36,868 nt of DNA from positions 1 to 36,868 of the forward strand of contig JWZX01003277.1 of NCBI GenBank assembly GCA_001275005.1, in the 5' to 3' direction. The position numbers and the translations under genes were made by a program. A model generated the notes under the pieces. It searched no databases, was not told the origin of the DNA, and saw nothing but the letters and a program-made list of their open reading frames with translations. Of this stretch, positions 27,417 to 36,868 are shown in pieces (position 1 is the first letter of the stretch; every line of letters starts with the position of its first letter). The DNA is from Chrysochromulina tobinii (taxonomy: Eukaryota).

Positions 27417-27527
27417 GGAAGGTTGTCAGGTGCTCCAGAAGCTGGATGGTCGGCAAGCGATTACGATTGGGCGGGTTGCAGACCTCTGTGGGTCAAACAT
27501 GCGCATCTGACGGAACTCGTCCCGAAA

Positions 27528-27634
27528 AGTCAAGAAAAGACAAGTCAAGTCAAGTCAAGTCGTTTCTCGTCAAGTCAAGTCAAGTCAAGTCACCTCACGT
27601 CAAGGTAAGTCTAAAGTCAAGTCACGTCAAGTCA
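27528..27634. repeat. Interrupted (CAAGT)n pentanucleotide microsatellite
   Basis: Runs of CAAGT at 27541-27560 and 27571-27590 plus degenerate copies; an inverted TGACTTGAC at about 27703. Confidence 0.9.
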
Positions 27635-27815
27635 ACCGTCCGGGGGGTGTCCGGCGCGCCGAGTTCGGACCGTACAATTACATCCGCAACTCAGACCGAC
27701 AGTGACTTGACTACATTGTAACGGACATACGTAAACGAAGATCGTTTTCTGAGAAGGGTTTCTTCAGACAGTGCGTGGTGCTCGCGCTCGAGGGTTCGGC
27801 GACCGCGTGCGCGTG

Positions 27816-28445
27816 TCACAGCCGTCGTGCAATGCGGCGCGAGTGGCTCGACTTATCCTCTTTGAGTGCTTCCTCGAGCTCGGAGGCGAGCCGGCGCAGA
27901 TTGGGCAGGTCCGCCTGCATCAGGTGCTCCGCCGTGCCCTCGGGGCCGCCGCTTGTGTGCAACCGCAGCAGGAAGCTCGCCTCAGGCGCCTTGCGCGAAC
28001 GGTACCGGCCGCCGAGCTCCACCTGCAGTCGCCATTCGAGGCCGCGGTACTCGGGCAGCGCGAGCCCTGTGCGCAACTCCATTTCCATTTCGGGCGCCTC
28101 TGCCTGATAGAAGCTGATGATAGCCGCGCTCGTCTCCTCGGGAAGCTCGAGCGCGAGGCCCTGCAGCAAGTCCTCGGCGGGCCGCGAGGCGTGGGCTGCG
28201 CTCACCATCAAGTAGCACAGAGCGCGCACGGCAGCCGCCACGGCGTCCGGGTCCACGCCGAGCCCTTTCGCCGCCTTGCGGAACACTGCCGGGTCCTCAG
28301 GCGCGCGCAACAGCTGACGCGCGGCGCCGCAGAAGGCCGTCACGTGCTCGGCGGGGAGCGATTTGACAAGCGCCAAGTCCGCCGCCAACCCAGGCGGCGC
28401 CTGCCCTTGCTGCGCGTGGGCGGCAGAGTGCATAGTCGATGGCAT
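27816..28445 (-). CDS. COMMD2: COMM domain-containing protein 2 (Commander/CCC complex), about 209 aa
   Basis: AAKGLGV, LPEYRGLEWRLQVEL, MQAD..LEEALKEDKSSHSRRIAR match COMMD2 (AARKLNV, LPSYHNLEWRLDVQL, LEQALEEMKTNHCRRVVR). Confidence 0.85.
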   Translation of the reverse strand: MPSTMHSAAHAQQGQAPPGLAADLALVKSLPAEHVTAFCGAARQLLRAPEDPAVFRKAAKGLGVDPDAVAAAVRALCYLMVSAAHASRPAEDLLQGLALELPEETSAAIISFYQAEAPEMEMELRTGLALPEYRGLEWRLQVELGGRYRSRKAPEASFLLRLHTSGGPEGTAEHLMQADLPNLRRLASELEEALKEDKSSHSRRIARRL

Positions 28446-28584
28446 GGAGGTGTCGGCGAGACCGGAAGCGGAAAACACATTCTTCGTGCCCTCACAGTGG
28501 ACAGGGAAGGATTGACAGTGAAAACACAAGTGACAATCCCAATCTCCCTCCTCCCCCTCCTCTCTGCGCTGAGGAAGGTATTGA

Positions 28585-30954
28585 ATGTTCACACCTCAAG
28601 CTGTCTCAAACATGGTGATCGCTTCGCGGTTTGTCGCCGAGACGGCCACGATTCTTCAGCCGAAGTTCCTATCCCTTTCGCCAGCGGTAGGCCTGCTCGC
28701 TCGCTCGGCGCCCACGGTCGTCACCAACCTCATGTCCATGCCGTCGGCCGGGCAGCGCGACTGCGAATGGTCATCTGCGGCCGCTCTCTGTCGAGAGCTC
28801 TACTTCCAGCAGCGTGCTGGCGCACCGCCGCTCGTGTCGCGCTCTCGCTCGCACGCTGCGACGCACCTCACGAGCGCGGCTGCGGGCCACATCCTTGGCC
28901 TTGGTCTGCGACCAAAGCCCGATGACACAGTCCTGGCCACGCTTCGAGCGCAAGGCATCGAATCGAACCACGTGGACGGCAAGTGGACGGGCGTCTCTTT
29001 GGCGCGCTACCGCCGGCTCATCGATTTGCTCGCGGCGAGTCCCGCACGTGGGATGACCGTCCCGCTCTTCTTGCGCTTCGTCTGGGAGCGCGCTCAGTCC
29101 AAGCGGTGCTTGCTGCATTTTCTGCTGGCCCTCGATACACACGTGGCAGTTCTGAGACCGGAGTGGCGCGATACTCTCACCGCCCACGACGGCGCTGCAG
29201 CCGAGGAATGGTGCCGCTCGGCCTTTGTGCCCTCGGAGACCAGCGCGGCCGCCGTCGAGGCCGCGGCGCAACGCATCCTATGCTCGGAGGATTCGATCTC
29301 CGCATCCCGAGATTCGATCTCCGCATCCTCCTCGTCGTTGCCAACAGGGTCGATGGCGGCGTCTTCGGCGTCGAGGGCGACATGCCCGAGCTTGGCGCGT
29401 GCTGTGGAAGTGCTCGCCGCTAATTTGGGCGACGTACACGCCTTCAAGCCCCCGAACTCGCTCGAGCGCCATGCCGTCGGCGGCGGCGAGGCGCGACCCG
29501 ATTGCGTCGAGATGGTCGTGCGTGAGCTCTTCGACTTGCTGTTGTACGACCCGATGAGGCACGCCTTCGACCCGAGCCGTCTGCCGCCGGGCGCCTCGGC
29601 CGCGCTGCGAGCGCACTATGAGCAGCGCGCGAGCGGCGCACTGGCCGACCACGCTGCCGGTGCGGCGTGGTTCCCACTGTGCCAAGGTATCCTCGGCTGT
29701 GAATACCTATCGACGGCGCCCTCTGGCGAGCGGTACGAGGCAGCGCCAAGCCTGAGCAATGTGAGTCGGCTCGCCGCGCATCTGCTGGGCGTGCCGCTGG
29801 GCGAGCAGCCCGAGCGCCGCTGGCGGAGCCTTGTGCAGATCGCTGAGCTATGGAATGGCCACGTGGTGCAGACGTGCGCCGACGGTGGCGCACCCCCGGC
29901 CTTGAGGTCTTTGAGGTTGGAGGTGGATGAGAGCGGTACCGGCATGTATCGCGCCATGCTGTCAGATCACACGCGGCGGCGCGAGCTGGCCCGGCTTCGG
30001 CTCGAAAGCAGCCGTCACGGCGTCGAGCTGCTGCTGGAGACCGATCCGCCGATTGCCATTGCGACGCACCGGCGCCTCGATGCGGCATGGTCGGAGATGA
30101 CGATGCGCTCACATTTGGAGGCATGGAGGAGCACTGCGCGGCCGCAGGCCACCAGCTCACATCTCAACTCACAACTTGGTCACGATCGCCGCAGTGACCC
30201 GGCAGAGGTGGAGGCAGGCGAGGCGGCGGCGGAAGCGGCGCGCGTGGCGGTGCTGCGGGTGCTGTGGCCTATCGTCCTGGGCGATCGAATGCTGGATGCA
30301 CTGCCAAATAAGGCCAGCGGCGATTGCATGCTGCTGCTGCTTGAAGCGCTCACGAGCGCGCGCTGGGCAGATGAACTGGAGAGGCTGTGGAACCCTACCA
30401 TGGAGGCGAGCACGGCACATCTGGCAGAGGCCTCTCAGCTGGATGCCGCGCGAAGCAGAGCTCACGAGCGTACCGTGCGGGCCATCGAGGCGCTCAGCGC
30501 GCTCGCGGCCGCCGCGCCATCCGCGCGGCTCGGAGATGGCGACGAGGGCCGCGGGGTCGCCGCCCGTGCCTGGCTCGCGTGGCTGCTCGAGCGAGCGCCA
30601 GAGACCATGTCGCAGTCCGCACTGATCCGCGCGCTCCTCTCCGGCAGCCGTGCCGGCAGTTTAGCCGGCAGCAGCAGCAGCGGCGGCCGACAGGAGGAGG
30701 GCAGCTGGAGTGAGGTGCATCGGGCCGGTGCTGAAGGGAGAGCTGACGCCCGCGACGGCGCGATGCATCTGCGCACATTCAGCGACGCGGTGCGTCATGG
30801 GCTGCGCCACCGCGAGGACGCCGCTCTGGTGTGCACGCTCGTCAGCTACGCGCGGGGCGAGGTCTCGCTCAGCGCTGCGTGCCGGCGCGTGCAGCCAGAG
30901 TCGTTGGGGTCCGTGCTGCGCGTGCTGCGATTCTCGTGCACGCATAGCGTTTAG
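28585..30954 (+). CDS. Uncharacterised protein (up to 789 aa) with PDCVE..RELFDLLLYDP motif; start may be 28585, 28612 or 28732
   Basis: Long uninterrupted ORF with globular-looking segments, divergent from COMMD2. Confidence 0.75.
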   Translation: MFTPQAVSNMVIASRFVAETATILQPKFLSLSPAVGLLARSAPTVVTNLMSMPSAGQRDCEWSSAAALCRELYFQQRAGAPPLVSRSRSHAATHLTSAAAGHILGLGLRPKPDDTVLATLRAQGIESNHVDGKWTGVSLARYRRLIDLLAASPARGMTVPLFLRFVWERAQSKRCLLHFLLALDTHVAVLRPEWRDTLTAHDGAAAEEWCRSAFVPSETSAAAVEAAAQRILCSEDSISASRDSISASSSSLPTGSMAASSASRATCPSLARAVEVLAANLGDVHAFKPPNSLERHAVGGGEARPDCVEMVVRELFDLLLYDPMRHAFDPSRLPPGASAALRAHYEQRASGALADHAAGAAWFPLCQGILGCEYLSTAPSGERYEAAPSLSNVSRLAAHLLGVPLGEQPERRWRSLVQIAELWNGHVVQTCADGGAPPALRSLRLEVDESGTGMYRAMLSDHTRRRELARLRLESSRHGVELLLETDPPIAIATHRRLDAAWSEMTMRSHLEAWRSTARPQATSSHLNSQLGHDRRSDPAEVEAGEAAAEAARVAVLRVLWPIVLGDRMLDALPNKASGDCMLLLLEALTSARWADELERLWNPTMEASTAHLAEASQLDAARSRAHERTVRAIEALSALAAAAPSARLGDGDEGRGVAARAWLAWLLERAPETMSQSALIRALLSGSRAGSLAGSSSSGGRQEEGSWSEVHRAGAEGRADARDGAMHLRTFSDAVRHGLRHREDAALVCTLVSYARGEVSLSAACRRVQPESLGSVLRVLRFSCTHSV

Positions 30955-31398
30955 AAGAAGTGTAGTCTCGGTGTACCGTACCGCACCCGTCTTGACGTCT
31001 GTACCACGAGTCCACGACGCGCGTGGTGTACCCCGTGTTCGACAGTTCCGCGACTTAAGTTCAAAGCGCGTTGCCATGCGCGTTGCGTGTTGCGACCGGC
31101 AACATATGCGGCATGATCATCATGGCATGATATGCCGGACGGGGCGGACCGATTGCGCGGCCAACCCCCGGCGGACCCGGGGGTGCCCGGGATCCGCGGC
31201 CTCACGTTGACGTTCCGACGTTGTCAATATTCGACGCCCCTTTCCTGCTAGCGAGTGCCTTCGAGCGGTGCCTATGGTTAGACTTTGTTATGAATTTCTT
31301 GACTAGAGCTCTACTTGGCAAAACCGTGATCAGCAACAAAGCTTAAACCAGCGCCTATACGCCTGCCAATGGGCAATGGCCGGGCTCACGTATAGGGC

Positions 31399-31899
31399 TC
31401 ACGTAGGGCGACGGAACGGGGCCCCCGCAGGGTCGTGATAGGCGCGGTCGTCAATAGGCCTCCAGCGCAGCGTGGATTCGAGATTGGCGCGGGCTGAGTG
31501 CGTCCGTTGCCGCTCCGCCTCGAGCTGGCGCTCCATCTTGCGCACTTTTTGCCTGCCAGCATGCCTGGCGCCGATGTACGGCTCTTCGACCGGCACTGCT
31601 GGTTCGCGCGGATAGATAATAGGCGGACCATTTCCGAGCGCCTCCCCCACCTGGCTCAGCGCCTGCGGCGTCAGCGCGTGGCGCGTGGCAGGTCTAGGGG
31701 TTGATGGTGGCCACAAAAAATGGGTGCCGGTTGAAGTCGAGAAGGATACCGGCTCATACCAATCCCGGGCTGAATGTGTTCCTGTGCCCCCCTTCGTGTC
31801 CCAATCCCAAGGATTGTGCACCTTGTAGTGTACCACCATCTTCGGCTCGCGCTCCTCCCTCTCGCGTCGCAAGTTGCTTAGCACGAGGGAGGATCCCAT
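31399..31899 (-). CDS. Hypothetical hydrophilic protein (166 aa; alternative start at 32082)
   Basis: ORF divergent from the H+-PPase with short coiled coil VRKMERQLEAERQR. No family recognised. Confidence 0.5.
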   Translation of the reverse strand: MGSSLVLSNLRREREEREPKMVVHYKVHNPWDWDTKGGTGTHSARDWYEPVSFSTSTGTHFLWPPSTPRPATRHALTPQALSQVGEALGNGPPIIYPREPAVPVEEPYIGARHAGRQKVRKMERQLEAERQRTHSARANLESTLRWRPIDDRAYHDPAGAPFRRPT

Positions 31900-32152
31900 G
31901 ATTTTGCTTTCGCACGGTGACCGGAACGCTCGCAGATTACGTTTCGCGCGAGGAAACGGCTCACGGGCGACTCGTGGTGAAACCGTACGCGATGGGGGCT
32001 CTAGCACCTTTTTGTGGACCACGTTCACTTGGCGCTCTTTAATTGCGCTAGATTGACGATACTCATTGCCGCGGGATTGCATCGCTTGATTTGCGCGTGC
32101 ATTTGCCACGATTCCACTCTCGCGCGGTTTGCGAGACCCCGAAAGCATAAAC

Positions 32153-33966
32153 ATGGACACTGTCCTTGCGGGTGTGCCGACGCTGCACGAGTCTTGCGTG
32201 CCGAAGAGCCCGGACAACTCCACGGTCATCATCGTCGTCACCGGTGTGGTCGGCATCCTTTTCTCCCTCCTGCTCCTCTCCCAGGTCGCCGCGGTCAAGC
32301 TGGACATCGCCTCTGTGCCGGGCACGAAGCGCAGCAAGGAGTCTGAGGAGTCGAACCTGAAGCTCGTGGAGCTTTACAATGCCATTTCGATCGGCGCCAG
32401 CTCGTTCTTGAACGCTGAGTACAAGCTGTGCGCCCTCTTCGTCGTCGTCGTCTTCCCCGCGCTGTCAGTGCTCATCGCGTGGGGTGACAAGACGAGCGAG
32501 GCGTCGTGGGCGTGGCCTACCGGTCTGCTCTCTGGCCTGTCGTTCGTCGTGGGTGCCGTCACCTCGATGCTCTGCGGCTTCATCGGCATGCGCGTCGCCG
32601 TCTTCTCCAACGCGCGCTGCACTGTCGGCGCGTGCAGCCCCACCGTCGGGTGGACCGACTCGTTCAACACTGCCTTCAAGGCGGGTGGTGTCATGGGCTT
32701 CTCGCTGACTGGCATCGCGCTCCTGTCGCTGTACGCGCTCATCTGCGTCCTCAGGTGCGCCCGCTCGCGCGCCACGCCGCGCCCGACCGTGCCCATGCAC
32801 GCGCCCACACATGTTGAATGGACTCCGCAATCGGTCTCTGTGTGGGACTCCTTCTCGGTCCCCCCCTCCCACACGCCCCCCTCCACGCGCCCCCTTCCTT
32901 GCACGCGCCCTACCTCCCCGCCCCGTCCCCCCCCGTCCCCTCACACGTGCCCCCCCCATATACACCGTGGGTCCGCAGCCCCTTCTTCAAGGACGACGAG
33001 GCTGGGATGCTCAACCTGATGGAGGTCGTTGCGGGCTTCGGTCTGGGCGGCTCATGCATCGCCATGTTCGGTCGCGTGGGCGGCGGCATCTACACGAAGG
33101 CGGCGGATGTGGGCGCCGACCTCGCGGGCAAGGTGGTCCAGGATCTTCCCGAGGACGACGTGCACAACCCGGGCACCATCGCGGACAACGTCGGCGACAA
33201 CGTCGGTGACGTGGCCGGCATGGGCTCCGACCTCTTCGGCTCTTTTGGCGAGGCGAGCGTTGCGGCCCTCCTCGTTGGCGCCTCGTCGGCGGGCATCTAC
33301 GCCGCTGGGTGGGGCGCCCTCATGTACCCGCTCGTGGTCTCGGGCGCGGGCATCATTGCGTGCATCGTGACCAACTACTTCGCGACCGACTTCTTCCCGG
33401 TGCGCGAGGAGAACGACATCGAGAAGGTGCTCAAGACCCAGCTCCTCGTCTCCTCCCTGCTGATGACCCCCGTCGTCTACTACCTCTCGATCACCCTGCT
33501 CCCCGCCGCCACCTGCGGCGAGTGCGTCGGCGGGTTCGTCGTGGGCAACGTGTGCTCCTCGCCTCTCAAGGCTGCACTTTGCGTCATCTTCGGCCTCTGG
33601 GGCGGTTGCGCCATCGGCTTCATCACCGAGTTCTTCACGTCCTTCTCGTACAAGCCCGTCCAGGATGTTGCGGACTCATGCCGCACCGGCGCCGCGACCA
33701 ACATCATCTACGGCCTCGCGCTCGGCTACAAGTCGGTCATCCTCCCGGTCTTCATCCTCTCAGCCATCGTCTTCGGCGCCCACACGATCGCGGGCTTTTA
33801 CGGCATCGCGCTCGCGGCCCTCGGGATGCTCTCCAACCTCGCGACGACCCTCTCCATCGACGTGTACGGCCCGGTGTGCGACAACGCGGGCGGCATCGCC
33901 GAGATGTGCGAGCTGCACCCGTCGGTGCGCGAGAAGACGGACGCGCTCGACGCGGCCGGCAACACG

Positions 33967-34001
<35 letters not shown>

Positions 34002-35139
34002 CGCGTGCCTCGTCGGCCTGGCGCTCTTCGGTGCCTTCGTCACCCGCCTCAACGATGCTGGCGCCGCTCAGGCTGTCGATCTCCTCGACCCGATCACCTT
34101 CGCCGGCCTGCTCGTCGGCTCGATGCTCCCCTACTGGTTCTCCGCCATGACGATGAAGAGCGTCGGCCTCGGCCAACGCGATGGTGAATGCCGCAGCGGC
34201 CCTTCCTCTGATTGCCTTGCATGCATGCAAGTGCCCGCCACAGCGCCCTCGCGGCCAACGCGATGGTGATGGCCACTCATTGCGCTCGATTGCCCCCCTC
34301 ATCAGGTGCTCGAGATCAAGCGCCAGTTCGACCTCAACCCGAACCTGCTCATCCCGAACCACCCCGACCGCCCCGACTACGACAAGTGCATCGCCATCTC
34401 GACGGAGGCCTCCCTCTCGGAGATGGTGCCGCCTGCTATCCTCGTCATGTTCTCGCCCATCATCTGCGGTGTCTTCTTCGGCACGCGCTGCGTCACCGGC
34501 CTGCTCGCGGGCGGCATCGCCTCGGGAGTCCAGATGGCCATCTCGTCCTCCAACACGGGCGGCGCTTGGGACAACGCCAAAAAGTACATCTCCAAGGGCG
34601 CGATGAACGACGTCATCGCCCGCGAGGAGCCTGACATGGTCAAGAACGGCAAGGTGCTCACGAAGAAGTCGCAGATCTTCAAGGCTGCTGTTACGGGCGA
34701 CACAGTGGGCGACCCGCTCAAGGATACGTCGGGCCCCGCGCTCAACATCCTGATGAAGCTGATGGCGATCATCTCGGTCGTCTTCGCACCCCTCTTCCTC
34801 GCGATCAACAACGGCGGTGGCCTCATCGCCTCCACCGGCATCGTCGCCATCCCCGGCTCGACCGCCGCCTTCACCACCACCCTCCTCGCCAACGGCGCCA
34901 CCGCGGGTGCGATCGCGACCCCGATGGGCAACATGTTCGCCGCCGTGCTCTTCCTGACGGGCGCCGCCGTGGGTATGGGCGGCCTCTTCATCGGCCAGCG
35001 CATCAAGGACCCGCCTGTGCTCGTCATGCGCGAGTCGCTCAAGAAGCCGCTCCTCATGTGCCGTGCCGAGAGCGTCGAGGGCACCATCCTTGGCGAGCCC
35101 GCGCTCACCACTCCCTACACCGCCTTCGGCACCGCCTAA
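32153..35139 (+). CDS. Membrane H+-translocating pyrophosphatase, K+-dependent (AVP1/type I); exons 32153-32754, 32979-~34183 and 34306-35139, second junction anomalous
   Basis: [66 protein letters not shown] (Ala = K+-dependent), [10 protein letters not shown] and [14 protein letters not shown]. Confidence 0.93.
32755..32978 (+). other. Spliceosomal intron, 224 nt, C-rich, phase 2
   Basis: AG|GTGCGC donor and CGCAG acceptor join the two PPase frames. Confidence 0.85.
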
Positions 35140-35140
35140 G

Positions 35141-35276
35141 CGCATTTGGGGGCACCGCCTGAGGCAGGACCTAACCGCATTTGGGGGCACCGTCTGAGGC
35201 AGGACCTAACCGCATTGGGGGTCACCGCCTGTTGCAGGACCTAACCGCATTGGGGGTCACCGCCTGAGGCAGGACC
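35141..35276. repeat. 35-bp minisatellite x~4 directly after the H+-PPase stop
   Basis: CGCATTTGGGGGCACCGCCTGAGGCAGGACCTAAC units starting at 35141, 35176, 35211 and 35246; no spacers. Confidence 0.95.
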
Positions 35277-36007
35277 GGTAAGGGCGTTGGTGCGCCGAAG
35301 GCGGTACCTCTGGGTGATGGGGAGGGAGGGGGGAGGGATGGGAAGGGGGCGAGAGGCGGCGCCCCGAGATGCATACCTGCTCGCCGTACCTGCTGGGTGC
35401 CGACTGTCAGCCGAGCAACTGACGAAGCTGACGAAGCTGACGGCGCGGCCTTGGATCGGGGTGTGGCGGCGGGTGGGGTGGCGAATCGGAGCGGTCGATC
35501 CAAACCCAGCGGCCAAATGGTGGGTGCAGGACGCATCACGATCATGCACGTGTGGTCATGCTATCAACGCTCGCCGCAACGACATACAGTTGCACCGGGC
35601 CGTGCACGGGTGTAGGCTTTTGTAACCGCTGCCCGCAGCCACGTGGACTCTCGTCGGACGTCGGTCGTGTCTGGAGCGCGGCGCGCGGTGCATGCGTTGG
35701 TGTGTTTTCGTCGATAGATTCCGCGGCCGATCCGCGATCCGGCCGGACGGACCGGCGTCGGGGATTTATTTTTATATAACATGATCGGCCGGGCGCACCA
35801 TAATCCGTACTGGGCTACGATTGGGACGAGAGACGGGGGCCAGAGGACAGGCAGTCAGAGTCGAAGTCAGAGGGCCGGCCGCCGCCGCCCCGCGGCCCCT
35901 GTTAACGAGCGAGGCCCGCCTCGCGGCTCCGCTCTCGACGCGTTGCAGGCCGCGCTTTGCCTCGCGCGACTAGTCACCGTGTCTACACGGCCTCTACTGT
36001 GTGGGCA

Positions 36008-36637
36008 CTAATCTGACTTCTCCACCGAGCTCTTGAAGTAAGCCCAGCGCGAATTCAACGTCCGCGCCCGAAAGCTGGCGTGCCCGAGTACCACTCCAGC
36101 ACAGAGCACACTGACGCGCATGACGGTGGCGGTGGCGTCGAGCCAGTTCACGAGGAGCGACGAACCGATCAAAGCGATAACTAATCGCTGGTTGAGACGC
36201 AGCGGCGCCATGTTCAACTCGGCGGGCATCCGACCATCCCACTCCGAGGCGCCGTAGTGGAGCGCGATCGATGCGCCCAGCAATGCAAGCAGCTTCGGCT
36301 GCTGCAACGCTGAAATGCCCACGATCGCCCCGCAGATGATGGCGTAGTTGGCACGGTAGTAAAGAAGGTTGGTCTCGATGCGCTCGTGCAGGTGCTCAGG
36401 CCACAGAAACTTGTCAAAGAACTCTGACCACGGCTGCTGGTTCCTGAGGAACGCGTTGATCCGCGCCACCAAGGGGCCACCCTGCGCGCGCTCCCTCTCG
36501 CGCCTGTGCGCTTTCAAGAGCTCGGCGGCACGCTCAACGTTTCCAGACGTTGCCTCGAGGGCGAGGCGCGCTTCCACGACGCTGAAGCCCATCTCGACGA
36601 GGGCTTGTAAGCGGGCCGTGGACCCTTCGGCTCCCAT
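36008..36637 (-). CDS. UBA domain-PRA1 (prenylated Rab acceptor) fusion protein, 209 aa
   Basis: UBA: LQALVEMGFS..ARLALEATSGNVERAAELL. PRA1: QPWSEFF..RIETNLLYYRANYAII, two long hydrophobic hairpins and HASFR. Confidence 0.85.
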   Translation of the reverse strand: MGAEGSTARLQALVEMGFSVVEARLALEATSGNVERAAELLKAHRRERERAQGGPLVARINAFLRNQQPWSEFFDKFLWPEHLHERIETNLLYYRANYAIICGAIVGISALQQPKLLALLGASIALHYGASEWDGRMPAELNMAPLRLNQRLVIALIGSSLLVNWLDATATVMRVSVLCAGVVLGHASFRARTLNSRWAYFKSSVEKSD

Positions 36638-36783
36638 TTTCTCTGAACCCGGTTGCGAAGGATAATGATTCTCAGCGACGCGCACGAGGGCCAAAACCAA
36701 GCGGTCCGCTTGAGGCTAGCGGACTGAGGGCGTGACGAGGGCCTTTAAAGGCGCCCTGAGAGCTTCAGGGTTTTTTAGTCGAT

Positions 36784-36813
36784 TTTCCCATGGGAAAGGA
36801 CCGGTCCTTTCCC
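36784..36813. promoter_or_regulatory. Overlapping perfect palindromes upstream of the UBA-PRA1 gene
   Basis: TTTCCCATGGGAAA (36784-36797) and GGGAAAGGACCGGTCCTTTCCC (36792-36813). Function is inferred from position only. Confidence 0.4.
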
Positions 36814-36868
36814 GTTCAGCCCGTGCTGTCGTCCTGCGGCCATGCCGAGCGGCTTTGGCACGACGGCG

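Noticed and set aside
31100..31200. Hairpins (ACCCCCGG/CCGGGGGT and others) between convergent genes
   Set aside because: Short GC-rich stems are expected by chance at this composition, and bacterial-type terminators do not apply here.
35141..35276. CRISPR-like array (35-bp repeats)
   Set aside because: Units are head-to-tail with no unique spacers, there are no cas genes, and the context is eukaryotic.
35895..35975. Helitron-like 3' end (GC hairpin then CTAGT)
   Set aside because: The strong hairpin is too far from the CTAG, the nearer one is weak, and no 5' TC end or second copy is identifiable.

Overview
This is eukaryotic, GC-rich, gene-dense nuclear DNA with few short GT-AG introns (donor consensus GTRCGC). 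It is most likely from a haptophyte alga (Chrysochromulina-like; inferred from composition, intron style and the 'AKAIAEALKVN' LRR type). About 19 protein-coding genes are supportable. In order: a partial hypothetical gene; a RING/RING2(RBR-like)-ankyrin-LRR fusion; a ZUP1/Mug105-type C78 peptidase; a membrane-anchored hevein-domain protein with a His/Asp tail; an SCYL1-like pseudokinase; a 3xShKT prolyl 4-hydroxylase; an amidase; an intronless 2092-aa four-domain Nav-like channel; a signal-peptide coiled-coil protein; a PLAT-CaaX protein; a SWEET transporter; a small TM/coiled-coil protein; a frameshifted membrane RING-H2 ligase; COMMD2; a 'DCVE'-motif unknown protein; a hypothetical gene; a K+-dependent H+-PPase; and a UBA-PRA1 fusion. 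I found no rRNA, tRNA, CRISPR array or transposase. The most notable points are: the channel's D-G-D-D filter, RRL-bearing turrets and inserted linker domain; the IBR-less RBR-ANK-LRR architecture; the Cys-His-Asn ZUP1 variant; a speculative telomerase-RNA-like hairpin plus template at about 10.7 kb; and a duplicated, frameshifted exon end in the H+-PPase. All family calls rest on motif recognition by eye; no database searches were run.
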